A stretch of DNA of 62,946 nt, filler included. It is 17 parts of 17 records of this genome, joined end to end, with 100 filler letters (N's around TTAATTAATTAA, not from the genome) between each part and the next. Parts side by side here need not be neighbours in the genome. Positions count along the whole stretch, not along the records: positions 47,465 to 50,969 come from SRR7504441_125089; positions 51,070 to 55,002 come from SRR7504441_125113; positions 55,103 to 59,757 come from SRR7504441_125601; 14 more parts are not named here. One strand, 5' to 3'. Below, piece after piece: positions 47,365 through 59,857 of the stretch. A program made the position numbers and the translations under genes. Position 1 is the stretch's first letter. Each line of letters opens with the position of its first letter. The notes beneath the pieces were generated by a model. The model was not told the origin of the DNA and ran no database searches. It saw only the letters and a list, made by a program, of their open reading frames with translations.

Positions 47365-47961
47365 NNNNNNNNNNNNNNNNNNNNNNNNNNNNNNNNNNNN
47401 NNNNNNNNTTAATTAATTAANNNNNNNNNNNNNNNNNNNNNNNNNNNNNNNNNNNNNNNNNNNNTCCGGAAGACCATTATAGGGGGTGGTGCAGCCACTG
47501 TGTGATGCCCGAATCGCCGCTAGAAGTTCTGGACTCGTGCATATTTCCGTTATAAATAAGCGGCTCAATCGTGCAGTTTGTGCTCATGCACGCCCGGCGG
47601 AGGGGACCTATTGATATGTGGCGAGGCCAAACACCTCGTGCACGAAGTCTAGGAGCCTTGCCTGCAAGCGGAGCGAAGCTTGGGGTGCTCGTCAAGTACG
47701 AATTCAGCAACTTTTATCCGATTCAGCAGACAATCTGACGACAGGCGGAGTCGTGAGGCTTGCAGAACTCGTCAAGCACACGCCCAACGGCGGTCATGAT
47801 TGGGCTAAAGGTGTCGAGACTCCAGGACAATGGCCCTATCACCCGGGAGACCCTCTATCTTGTCCCTATATGCCTCTATTATTTAAGCGCCAATCTGATC
47901 TAATTATTTCGTTTTGGACTCCATCGATTATTACGGCGTTTGGCTTGCTATTAGCCGAGGA

Positions 47962-50647
47962 CTATTTACATTTGGCCTTGCCATGTTTGTTCGCCTTGGC
48001 CTCGTATCTCTCGATGGCTTCGGCCGAGGTTTGTAGGTTTTCTTCAGGCTCCCACGTCAGCCGGTCATCACCCTTCCATTTCACCTGGTACTCGGTCTTC
48101 CTGTTTCTGCCACGGCCGCTAGTCCGCTTGTCCAGAATCGCCTGGACCACAAACTTGGTATCCGAGCGCTCCCCACCTACCATGGCATCCTCCAAGTGCG
48201 AGCGGTCAACCTTGGGCGCGGCTGCCTTCCTGGCAGGCTTCGCACTGTGCCCGAGCGCCTTGCGGGTTGCAGTGAAATCAGCCATGTTCATTGGCCAGAT
48301 GTGACTCAGCGTCTGTGCTCGCAGCTTCCTTGAAAGGGTCTTATCCCGCCCGGCGTCTTGCGACGACGCGTTCTTGATCAGCTTGGCTTCAAACTCGCAG
48401 TAGGCGTTGCCCACCGGGAGGTACTGGTAGTTGAGCTCGAGCAGGTTCCACAACGGCTTGCAGACCTTGCTGTCCCGAATATCAGCACCGTCGAGAGCCA
48501 CAGCCTCCACCCCACGCCAATACTCGTCGTCATACAGCACCTGCAGCACGCCGATATACCGCTCGGAGCGCACATGCTTCTCTAATTCTCGGGTTGAGAA
48601 GCTGTAGCTCTTGGCGGCTCGGTGGCGTAGCGTGTCTTGGCCCGCGTCAGTCAATGTGCGAGCAAACTGCGACACCAATCACACTCAAGTAATCAGCCAA
48701 TAGTAGTCCTCAGCTAGCGCCCTCACCTTCTTTGCACGCTGGCGGTCCTCGGCAGCAAGCTGAGCCAAACTAAAGACGAGATTGGTCCGGATAACCTCAG
48801 TATTGAGCTCGCTGTGCTCTCGAAATGTCTGACAGAAACTCTGCACCTTCCACACTAGTTCCTGCTCATCCAGGTCGTGCCGGGCCGCGAACGAGTCGCT
48901 GCACCCCGCTATCTTCAGACCCTTAAGCCACTTCTTAATCTCTCTCTCCGTTTGCAGCTTCTCCATCGTCTCGTCGGTCCTATCGAGTTGGTCATGCAGC
49001 TTATACCAAAGCCCACCAGCCCAGTCAGTGGCAGTGTCCGCCTCAGCCCACTTTACGAACGGCACAATGTGAGCCTTACCCAACTCCTTCACCACCGCAA
49101 TCAAGCACCTGAGCATCGGGTCTAGAGCCTGCTTGCAAAAGTCGCGGAGCGCCTCATCCTTGATCTGGTGCAAGTGCTGATCCATTGGCGCGTAGAAGTG
49201 CCGGTCGACCTGCCGCGCATTCTCGCCGTCCACAGCCTCCTGGAGGTAGTACTCCACGATTGCTGTAATCACATCTGGTGTCAGCGGGTCCAAATAGTCC
49301 GCCAACGAGACAGCAAAAATCCAATCCGCATCACACAAGCCAGGTGGCATCTTCAAGCCCAGATGCTTGCGTAGACCATCGTCAGTCCGGAGCAGGTGGT
49401 TGACATCCTCAAGCATGCCGGAGACTTGATGGCGCTTCTCCGTCTTGCTCCCTTCAGCCTTGGCTTTCCTATCCCTGGAGTGTGCTAATGAGGCACGCCC
49501 TAGAGGCTCGGACATGTTGTCCATCGCGTGTTTCAGCCCATTGGCACAACGGTGGCACTGGCAATTCAAGTGTGTAATCAACGGTGCATCGAGGCGCAGG
49601 TGCTCACGACAGGCCTTGGGGTTCGTGCTGGCATCGTCACCAATAAAGTAGGCTGGGTCGTTGGGGCAGTCTTGCAGCACTGATTCCCGATACAACGGGC
49701 CGATCACAGCGGCGCTCTTCTTCTCGCCGTCCTTATTTGGTTTCAACCTGATGGCATGCTTGCAGCACCGGAACCTCGGCTCAGTCGAGTATGAGTGGTA
49801 TGCAGCCGGCGCTGACTCCTTGACCACACCGAGCACCATCGTCCCGAGGAAGGACCAACCCGGGCTGCCTGAGCGCGTTACCTCGTCTCCACCGACTGCG
49901 AGCACGATCACATGTCGCTTGACCGCCTCCCATTGCCAATGCTCGATCTGTACATCGTGGCGGTTGGCGGATGTAGCCGAGGCTTGTTGCCGCTGCACCT
50001 CTGCGCAATTGCGTCGGCGATCCGCAGCATGCCTTGGCCCGCGTGGCCCGGTGGAAGCTTTAGAGACTTCTTCCGGAGCGTCTCTGGGTCTCTGAGTGCG
50101 CACACAAACTGGGCTGCTGGCACATACTGGAACTCCAGAGGCGGTGCTTCAAACTGAGGAACCAGCGCCGACCGAGGAGCATCTCCGCCGCTGTCTGGGG
50201 GGCGGGGTGTGCGCTGAGGACGGTCAGCCGGTGTTTTGACCACACTCCCGGCCGACCTGAGCGCAGGCGGGTGGGGTAGCTTGAACTCGGGCTGGGGCTT
50301 GCCAGGTGCGGCTGATTTCGACCTGGGCGTCTTGAGCGGCGGTTCAGTGGTCAGTCCGGGCCTTAGCACCCGGTTGGAGCTCCTGAGGGCGGGGGTTTCG
50401 TCTCTAGCGCGCTTTACGCTCGCTTTGTTGGCCTCGCTGCGCCCGGTACGATAGCACTGTCCGCACACAGCCCGCTGCCTCTTGCCCCGGCCTGTGTGGG
50501 GACTCACCACCTCACCACACTGCGGGCAGGCTTCCGCTGGGTCCTGGGCGTCTGCCGACACAGCGCTCGCTCAGTGGACCGGCTCACACCGCGCACGCCA
50601 GGCAGGACACTAGAATTGGCCCGTGGCACGCCCACTGTTGGCAGCAT
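47962..50647 (-). CDS. hAT-like DDE transposase with N-terminal CxxC-CxxC finger and C-terminal chromodomain
   Basis: D1 GGDEVT (49885-87), D2 FIGDDASTNPKA (49633-38), CQCH (49552-63), DADW (TRW position), and LPVGNAYCEFE (E at 48394-96). Chromodomain FVVQAILDKR...EYQVKWKGDDRLTWEPEENL (about 48000-48153). The 60-nt GT-AG intron 48667-48726 joins the frames. Start codon uncertain. Confidence 0.72.
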
Positions 50648-50956
50648 TCAGCCGGCACAACCCAAACGCCCCCAGCGTGGTATCACGTGTCAGACTGGCC
50701 GCCAGCCAGCCCGGCAGCGCCCGGAACCAGTGGTGGTGCCATATGTAGCGGCGGTACGCACCCATCAGCCGAACGAGCGGGAATCAGGGGGGTCGGGCGT
50801 GAATCACACCTTGTGCGGGACTCCCGATAGCACCGTCGGATCCGCGCCTGCGCTTCTTGCCCATGCGGCCCCGAGCAGCCGACGAGACCCCTTGGACGGG
50901 ACAGGCACGCCGGGGCCTGCCCGACCGCCCGGACCTGCAGCCGAATGCTGCCAACA
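50636..50956. repeat. 14-bp perfect inverted repeat pair at the 5' end of the transposase gene
   Basis: TGTTGGCAGCATTC at 50636-50649 and GAATGCTGCCAACA at 50943-50956. Confidence 0.75.
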
Positions 50957-51069
50957 CCAGATTTTCGATNNNNNNNNNNNNNNNNNNNNNNNNNNNNNNN
51001 NNNNNNNNNNNNNTTAATTAATTAANNNNNNNNNNNNNNNNNNNNNNNNNNNNNNNNNNNNNNNNNNNN

Positions 51070-54000
51070 CGCCTGATCGTGGTCGAACTTGAGCTGGGCG
51101 CCATGGGCCGGTGCGCACCAGCCGACTGCCCAGTAGCCAACTGTGCCCCTGGCAGATTTGATGATTTCAAATCTGACATCACCGACGGCCGCTCAGTGCA
51201 CGCGTTCGAGTTTTACCCTGGTGCCGATCGTGAACGGCCCCTGATAGTGTGCGGCGCCACCGATGGCGTGATCCGGCTGCTGGATTGCTCTACACGAGCA
51301 GTGGTGCGCTGTCAGCCTGTGTCCCGCATCACGTCCCCGGCAGGTCAAGAAGTTGACTGGGGGTCACCAGAAGCCGATATCAGCTCTGGTGGTGCTGCCC
51401 CGGAGCGCAGCTCTGCCACTGCTAGTGTCTGGCTCGCTCGACGGAGCAGTGGTCACTTGGGATGTGGCGAGTGCCAGCCCTCTACACACAATTCCAAATG
51501 TGTGCTGCTGCACTGACTGCCAGTTGAGCAAATAGTGTGCCAGGTGGTCAACAAGGCTCCGGTGCATCAACTATGCAGGCTGCCATCAATGCAAGCCGCA
51601 GCCCTGGTATTCGGATTTGACGGTGGTCTGTTGGGGGACGGCGGGTCGATTGCAACTGTGACCCAACTGGACACGCAGCCCAAGGTCACTCACTGTACTA
51701 GGCTTGCAGACAAGGCGAAAGATCTGTGCTGCCTAGCACCCTGCTCTCATACGTCCCTTGAACAACCAACTGTTGCCATCGTGACCAGTGAGAGAGAGCA
51801 CGACCTGTCAATGTTGCTAATAGACCAGGACCAGCCTGTTGCTAAGAAATTCATGGACTTCTCTTCCGTATCAGACCATGACCAACGGAGCACTGTGACG
51901 TGCGTGGCTGTCCATCCGCTCATCGATGGGATAATTGCAGTGGGCACTTCCACGGGGGCTATGATCGTAACCTACGACATCCTCGCCGCTCCTTGTGCTG
52001 TGATGCTGCCAGTGACACCTGAATCGACTGAGATCCTTTTCATTCAGGGCTCGTCTGCATGGCTTCACAGTTTGACCCAGGACCAAGTAATTCAGGCACA
52101 ACAAGAACTGGATGTAGATGTGTGTGTTACCCATAGCCAGATTCCTGTGATGAGCTCCACAGAGGTATTTACCATCGCCTCTTTGGCAAACCACCGAATA
52201 GACCGATGCTCTGGATGCAGCACCAACAGCTCCCAATGGATCTCAGTCGGATCGACCTCAGCCCAGGCTTGGTTTGTGCATCACCGTCCTATTGGCCAGC
52301 CTGGTTGGGTGCATGCAGCCACTGAGAACTGCAATGACATGGCGCTAGGTTGGTGGTCACTGCAGGCCATGTGCTATGCGGTGCTCAAGTCAGGCAGCGT
52401 TGTGGTCAAGCAGCTAAGCCCAGATGCAAGCAATCCCACTGTTCTTTGCAGCAAAAACCTCGAAGGGGCAACGCGCTTGTTCACGGGCCCTTTCCTGTGT
52501 GTATCACAAACTGATGCTGCACCTCCCGCCTCTCGATTTTACTCCTGGCAAGATTTATCTGAAACCAAATTTCAAATGCCAGCAGCAAAATCAGTAGATT
52601 GGGAGTCGAGTGGGAAATATTGCGCGTTGGTCGCAGACTCTAATTTGCACTTACTCTCTGCTCAAGACAACGAGCTGCAGCTACTTCACTCTCATTACAC
52701 TCAAGTCATGTCGTTGTTCTGGTTTGTGGGAACGCTTTTCTACGCCACACCCACAGAGGTGAGTTGGATATACTTGTACGTACTTGCTGCCCTGACTGGG
52801 TCGTCATCTAGGTGTTTGCTCTCGTTATCCACACTCCAGAACCAATGCCTATTCAGCTGGCGAATATGAATGGAGGGAGCCACCAAAACAGTGGCTTGTC
52901 CAGTAACCCTGTCCAGCGCCGGCCACGAGGAGCTTTGTCTGTGGTTGGCATCTTGGGCGAGGCTCTGATGCTATTAGATGCCCACTCGCAGCTTCATGCC
53001 ATATTCCTTTCCGACCCTTACATAAAGGTAATGGCCGATTATAGAGCTACCCACTGTGCTAATTGACTCCAGGCGCTAATCTTGGCTTCGGCCGGGGCTG
53101 CACTCCAAATGCTTCAAGTGGCCTATGCTGTTCCATCAAAATATCACGACGAATTGGCATATACACTGGTGCACAGTGGATGCACCGAAACGGATGTGGC
53201 CCTCCAGCTCGATGGGATAAGTGCCATCATGCGCATGCTCATCCTTATGAAAATAGGGAAAGTTGAAAATGCCAGGGCGGAGGGTGTTCAATTGTGGTTT
53301 AAGGTGTTGGTTGCGAGGGTCTGTACTGAATCATGCCGGTAGGGCGAGATTCGGCGCGACTTGGAGAAGCTGAAACAATGGAATCTAGGGTCAGATTTGG
53401 AGGATCTACTCATCTCATGCATCCAAGTCGATCCATCCAAGGCAATGCAGCGGCATTTGCCCCATGAGGTTATTACTTGCAGCTGGGTGGCACTCAGGTA
53501 GGTTCATGATTGCAGGTTGTCACCGGTGCACTTCGCACCAGGCTGCTCCAGTTATGTGAAGCCTGTGACGAAGAAGGCGCTCTGCGACTTGTGACTGACT
53601 TCGCCTGCGACTACCCCGAAGTTTCAAGGCACGGAGTAGCCTTGATAGTCGCAAATCTTGCCTCGAAGAGTCAAGCTCATCGCGAGCAAAGATTTTGGTA
53701 CATGGCTTGTCAGCTGCGAGATGTGGGCCTCTTTTCTGAGGTCAGAAGAATAGCCATGGCACACACCGGAGAGCCAACCACTGTGTTTTTTGTAGGCAGC
53801 AATTTTGGCAAGGCAGACTTCTCGATGGGCTACTGAGGCTTCCAATTTTATCTCAGCTTGGAATGCTGCCACAGCTGTCAAAGCACCAGCATTGGCACCT
53901 GGCTTTTCACTGCTAGAAATTGAGCAGCCCGTGCAAAAGGCCCCGCAGGTCTCTTGTGCAGAGTGAAAGAGTTGCTTAGTTTCTTGTATTCAGATCCCAG

Positions 54001-54273
54001 TCCCTCCCAATGGTGAATCTCCAGCAATGGTGGAGCAGCCCAAGCTGTCTAAGCCATCCAAACCGATTGTACCCACCAAGCCCAAACCAAGTGCCCCCGC
54101 ATTCTCTCTTGCTAAGGTGTGCATTTACTTCATAGTAGTATACTAGGCGATGCAGCCTGATGGTGTGCGTGTACCACAAGCAGGAGACCATCAAGCCTGC
54201 TAAGAGCAAACCACGGCGCAAGCCAAAACAAGAAAGGAGGGAAGAACTAGATAGTGACGACGGGTGGGAGTAA
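51070..54273 (+). CDS. TSET/TPLATE-complex WD40 coat subunit (TWD40-2/TTRAY-like), 5'-truncated, multi-exon
   Basis: LTGGHQKPISAL...LLVSGSLDG and RRPRGALSVVGILGEALMLLD..SQLHAIFLSDPYIK|ALILA...YHDELA...ALQLDGIS parallel remembered plant TWD40-2 motifs (GGHKGSI, RP.GPL.VVG, HHDDLA, ALHLPGIS). Pro-rich acidic tail ending SDDGWE*. Confidence 0.7.
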
Positions 54274-55102
54274 TCACTTGACAGTATAGTACAATAGTCA
54301 ATATAGAGCCCCGAGTAAAAAAGTTTCGCCTACCGGTAGAGCTTTATGTATCCTACATACAATATTCTTCGATTCTTTTATTTAACGGCATTTAGCGGCT
54401 GCCATTCAAAATGTCATCTGGAGCTCGAGGCAAACAAAGCATGTATCATAAGAGCATGGCAGCTTCTTTGCACCAGAATGAGCCGTCCTCAATTGGTGAA
54501 TGGGTTTTGGGGACTTGACAATCTTCAAAGCAACACCAACTCCCAAACTGATCCTTGGAGCCCTTACCCAATTCATCTTCCAACCCGCGATTGGAGGTTA
54601 CTTGCACATGCTTTCCACTCCCACATAGTGGCTCGTTGCGACGTCTAGGCTTACCCTCCTGACTGATGCACACTTTCCTGCAACGGATAGTTTTTCTAGT
54701 ATGGCACTCCAGAAACCTATGCTGAGGCAATTTAGGCTTTCCGAATGTTCGCTGCTTCAGCTTGTACTGCCCCCAAATCTTTCTTTGTGCTCTTTCATTT
54801 GGACTACAGGCCACTTGCTTCCACAAGTTGCATAAAGCGGCTGCCTTGCCCTCTCGCATGGGGGGGGTGGTCACGCTTTGAACTAGTTTTAGATATGTCC
54901 ATGCGACCGTCACCCTTGGCTATGGGATCCTGCAGGAATGAGCCTGAGACGGAGCGAGCAGCTGCGGTGCTACTCGGCCGCGTGACGCGGATACCGCGGC
55001 CGNNNNNNNNNNNNNNNNNNNNNNNNNNNNNNNNNNNNNNNNNNNNTTAATTAATTAANNNNNNNNNNNNNNNNNNNNNNNNNNNNNNNNNNNNNNNNNN
55101 NN

Positions 55103-55726
55103 CCTTCACCGCAGCCCTGTCAAGCAGCGAACGCGTTCCCCTTCGAAGGCTCGATGCAACCCAGCAGCTCAAGAGCGCAAACGTGCTGCTCGCAACATCA
55201 AGCGGAGGGTGGACGCAGTTGTAGAAGTTGCTCAGCAGCAGACTCTCAAAGCACACGCTGAAGCTGATAGCAAGCTTAAACTGAGCACCGACTTTGAATA
55301 TTCTGCACAGCAACAGAGCAGGCCAGAAATCTCAGCCGACCAACCACAGCCCACCAGTAACTCACCAATGAAGGCATTATTCGCTCAGTGGCTGGGCCTG
55401 ACCTCGTTGTTAGGTGTTCCTCGCACAGGTTGCTGAAGAGGCCGCAGTCTTTGCAGCCAGTCAGAGGCAGGGGAATCCAGTGCCAGCAGAAGTGACCTTA
55501 GGGCCAAGCAATGGGGGGCACAAAAAGTCTACAAGCATCGCTATGGATATGCGTAGAAGGTGCGCGCTTGGCAATTTCGACCGCTTAGACTGACAGCATG
55601 TTGCTTCACAGGGGTTCGCCGAGCAAGGCTGGCTTAAGGGCGCTACGATCCCAGGGGGGAGCTCACAGTGTTATTTCATCAGCAGTGGAAGCACTAGCAT
55701 CAGCTGCAGGCGCAATCGTGGCTTAA
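55103..55726 (+). CDS. Hypothetical protein, C-terminal fragment
   Basis: Open frame from the contig edge (LHRSPVKQRTRSPSK...) with two probable short introns, ending at TAA 55724-55726. Confidence 0.35.
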
Positions 55727-56203
55727 ACTGTCATTGCGGCACTCGCAATCGGCCCACCAGGCACTGACAACCAGGGTTGGGTTCACATACGAGGTCAACG
55801 GACGCACAAAAAGTCTGAAAAACAGAAAACTCAGGATTGCTCTGGCAATTTGACTGATAAATTACTAATATCGAATGCGATTGACTCATGAAATCAATCT
55901 GATTCAATGTCATTGACGCAAACGAGTGAAATAAAATTTACGAGTACTCCACAATATCCTACAACATACTTGTTGACGAGTCTTTAGTAATACTCTCGTC
56001 GCGTACTGTAGTGATCAATTGTCTTAGTCATGCATTATTCATGATCAATTGCCTAGTGTCAGGCTGTCTCCGATCAAGTACATTTGTGCTGAGCCAACGG
56101 CGGCGACCAGCTTCCGGTGCCACTGGCCGGCACCACTCACTGTCAGCTGCTGATCGTCTGGTAACCTTTGCGGATGCCTTCGCAGCCCCGCCACTGTCGC
56201 TGA

Positions 56204-59200
56204 ATGGACCTCGATCTGGACAACCTCCCCGAGGGGGAGCAGGACGCCGCAGAGGTGGCGGCGGAGCAAAAGCGGCTGCGCCAGGAGGTGAATAACGCAC
56301 TGCGTCGACGCTTTCGCATCCCTGATGCTGACCTGCTGATGTGCAGACTACTGCTGACCCTGACAATCCAGAAACTGGCGTCGACGACGTCGCTGCGAAT
56401 GCGGCATCTCACACGCCACAGTCCGGGGCGCAGCTGGCTGTCGAAGGCGCAGACGTGGCTGCCCCAGCTGCGACAGCGACGCCGTCCGCTGCAGCAGCAG
56501 CAAACCCACCGGCTCAGAGCGCTAGCGGCGCCGCAGGAGGACACTCCCGAGCCGGATCCCAGGTGAGGCCCCTCCCCCCTGCTGTCACCCTGTGCCCCTG
56601 TGTGCACCCTACAGCCTCTGCAATGATTTCTGTGGACGAGCGTGTGCTGTGGTGTAGAACTCCGCGGGGCAACGAGCACCACGACTGCAAGTGACAGATA
56701 TCCTGCAAGTTCTTGCTCGCCTGCTCTCCAAATCCCAGTGGGAAACAGTGCAGGCACTCGTAAGAAAGTGGCGAAAAACGGTAAGTCCCCACCCTCCACC
56801 CCGCACCTCGCGATCTCCTTTTGTACTTGCTACTGAATCACCAACTGCATTACCCTTCTGTGTCACTGTTCAGTCACTTTGCCACTTGCTTTACTCACCT
56901 GTCGATTTTTTCCAGGAGCGGCCCTCTTCTGATAACAACAAGCGAAGCTTCATCTCTGTAAGCCCCCTCCCCCCCGAGTGCGACCAGTGCTGTGCTGTCT
57001 ATGGCTGTCGCTAACTACGGTGCTACAGGACCTCCGGGATGTGGTTGGGACGGACCTGTGGCGTGATACCATCCTCGAAATACAGAAAAGTAATTCGGGC
57101 GGGCCCAATTCTGGGGTGCGCTTTGGGCTCGGTTCTGTCTCTGACCCATTGCAGGCCGGAAGCTCCAATGTTGCAAGTGGCGCCACAGCATCTCCTTGTG
57201 AGCCATCCTTCATGTGACTCTTGAATGAGCGCTCCCCGTGTGTGTAGCAACTCCTGTTGTGGCGCTCCAGACTACCAAGTCGCTGCCCTTACAGCCAAGT
57301 GCTGATGCTAAAGCCCAAGCACCGCCCGCTACTGAGAATGCTACCTTGCAACCCCCAGTCAAAGTTGAAAAATCAGGTGACCCCTCACCATTGAGCCTCG
57401 GAATAATGCTTGGGCCTGATCTTCCATCAAGCTATCTGTAGCGGCGTTCACGCGAAGCTGTAGGTGAGAACACAACAGCGAGTGCAGAGCATAAGCGGAC
57501 CCCTTCAGTGCGAGAAGTGATCAATGCTGTGAAATGGCTTGTGACAGCAGATCAGCATGCCACGCTAGACATGCTATCCAACCAGTACGTAAAAAATCAG
57601 ATCACACAAATCCAGGTATTTCTTATCCTAAGTCTGTTCTTAGCAGACACCGATTTGTCACCATCCACTACTACTGAGCATTGTCCTAACCAGTGGTCTG
57701 GCTGCAGCTCGAGGCCCGCTTGAAAGGAATGGTTGGCCATGATGGCTTGATGCGAGCTTTCACGTTGGCCACCAAAAACCTGGGTGCTGCTCCATCGAAA
57801 GGTGCTGGGTTTGCTCAAGACTGACTCTAAGCACTGGGCAGGGCCAGACTCTGCGAGTACACAACCGGCCAAGATTGCACAAACCTCCTCAACTCCTCAA
57901 ACAGATTCAAAGCCAGTCACCCAGGTAAAAGATGCAGGAGTGCCGACTCCAACAGATGTGAGTGCGTCTGTCAAAGCCGAACTCAAGGCTTGCGTCCCAA
58001 CTACACCTGCTGCAGCACCAGGCGCAGCAGTGACTGCAGCAGGATCAAATGGGTCCAATGCTATGGCGATCCAGCCAAGTGGAACCCCAGGAGGATCTGG
58101 ATCTGTTAGCAAGACCCAGCAAGTGGCATCACAGGTGGGTTCACAACATGTTTGAGGCTTGAGCGCTGTTGTATGTCCAGGCAAAGCACATAGTAGCCCA
58201 TGCATATCATTGCCGGGATAATAGTTGCTCGGTCCCAAAGTGTTTTGAAACCAAATGCAAGCTGCTGCAGGTGCTGTCCCGTAGTTTCAAAGCTAAGGCA
58301 CAGCTCGGTCCTAAACTCCTGCTGGCAGTTGGCGCGGCATCATGAAAAATGCAGTAACTTTCCTCAGACTCAAGATACTACGTGCAAACTCTGCCGCATG
58401 TGGAACTATGTGAAGAACATGCCTGGTGGACAGCAGCAGTCCACTCCCAGCCAATCTCTGTAAGCATTCCTTGCCTGCTAAGAGGTTGATATATTTCTGA
58501 GCATTTGTGTGCCAGGCCATCAAATCAAACCGCAGTTGCACAGAGGAAGGGTCATGCAACAAAGCGCAAAGCAGCTGATCAAGAAAAAATCAAGCAAGCT
58601 CTCCGAGTGAAGCTCCGCGAGCACTTCAGACGATGTCCTGGATGCAGTCAGTGTGAAAAATGGCAAGAGCAGTTGCGCAAGGTGAAAGAGAAGCAACGAT
58701 TGCAAGAACAGGGGGCTGCAGCAGAAGCAGCCAAGCCAACGAGCGGGAAGAGGAGGACACCAAAGAGGCCACGCAAGCCAGATGCAAAGCAACAAAGGCT
58801 CGAGGGACTTGCTTTTGAGGAAGGCGACTGGGTTACCATAAAGCCCAAGAAAGGCAACACCCCTGGTAGACTTGCAAGAGTGATGCAAATAGACAACAAA
58901 GTGCAAGTGGAATTCGTAGCCCGATTGGGTGACTGCATAGATTCTACTCCAACCCCGTTGAATACTGCAAAGGTGGTTTTATCCTTCGAGCTGGTTGATC
59001 CTGCCCAGCATTCGATTCAGAGGCTTGGTAAAGTGCCATCTTATCTGGAGTATCCAGATATTGAACCCCCTCGCTTACAAGAGAATTTCTATGTGGACTA
59101 TCGGAGTTATGGTGATACAAGCCAGGATGGGTGGTGGCCTGCGCAAGTGATTGCCGAGGGTTCAGTTTATACAGTAAAACTTGAAGCAGAAAAGCTCAAA

Positions 59201-59757
59201 GATGAGCTTCGGAGTAGAAAACTGTCAAAGGAAGAGGAATACAGTTTAGCTGCTGAGGCTGGTAGAAAAGCGGCAACCTTGGGAGCAGAAGGTGAGGCTG
59301 AAACCCAGGTGAACATCAAGCGCAAGGTGAGACGAGAGCAATTGCGGATAGTCTGTGGACACAAGGACTGCAGACAGCGGCAGCTTCGCTTCGAGCTTCC
59401 ACAGATGTGGTGTATCGACTGTACTATGCCTGTGAGATACCCAGGATCGACGTTTTATATTGCCGCGAATGATACACTTGCTGCTGATGGGAAACTTGGA
59501 CCAAGTGGTCCTGTGCAAACATTATGCAAGGATTGTTACAAAAGGGCTGAGAAAGGACAGAGATCCCACCGGGGAGGAATGGTGGTGAAACTGAATCTCG
59601 CAGCCATGAAAGAAGTCACAATGCCAAAAGAAGGACAAGAGGGTACAGGCACTGACATAGGGTAATTTTCATCTTGCCATTTGGTAATGTTATAGTTCTA
59701 ATTCCTTTTTGTTGCCAGGTACAACATTGGGGAGCTGTTGCCTTGGATCCAGTGCTC
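56204..59757 (+). CDS. CBP/p300 (KAT3/HAC)-like chromatin protein, N-terminal part (HAT domain beyond the contig end)
   Basis: TAZ-like H-xxx-C...CxxC fingers (HHEKC...CKLC; EHFRRCPGCSQC) and Tudor/Agenet-like DGWWPAQVI. VCG...LRFELPQMWCIDC..PVR...FY...LCKDCY...PWIQC matches the RING-to-PHD region preceding the p300 HAT domain. Confidence 0.6.
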
Positions 59758-59857
59758 NNNNNNNNNNNNNNNNNNNNNNNNNNNNNNNNNNNNNNNNNNN
59801 NTTAATTAATTAANNNNNNNNNNNNNNNNNNNNNNNNNNNNNNNNNNNNNNNNNNNN

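Larger units (their letters stand above)
47465..50969 (-). mobile_element. Putative hAT-superfamily DNA transposon (ends not resolved) or domesticated hAT gene
   Basis: The contig is occupied by a hAT-type transposase gene plus non-coding flanks. Terminal inverted repeats and a TSD could not be paired within the contig. Confidence 0.55.

Noticed and set aside
47478-47497. TAGGGGGTGGTGCAGCC as the element's terminal inverted repeat
   Set aside because: It starts like some hAT TIRs, but no complementary copy exists before the contig ends at 50969, so it is unverifiable.
47962-48678. Chromoviral LTR-retrotransposon integrase or stand-alone HP1-like gene
   Set aside because: No RT, HHCC/rve, GPY/F or chromoshadow motifs. 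An in-frame intron links it to a hAT-type core.
54346-55002. ORFs 54446-54913 (-) and neighbours
   Set aside because: No recognisable domain, and competing frames cannot be distinguished.
3074-59857. Regularly recurring TTAATTAATTAA within N-runs as a repeat array or CRISPR-like structure
   Set aside because: Identical 100-nt artificial linkers with stops in all frames. ORF-track entries ending in X...LIN are artefacts.
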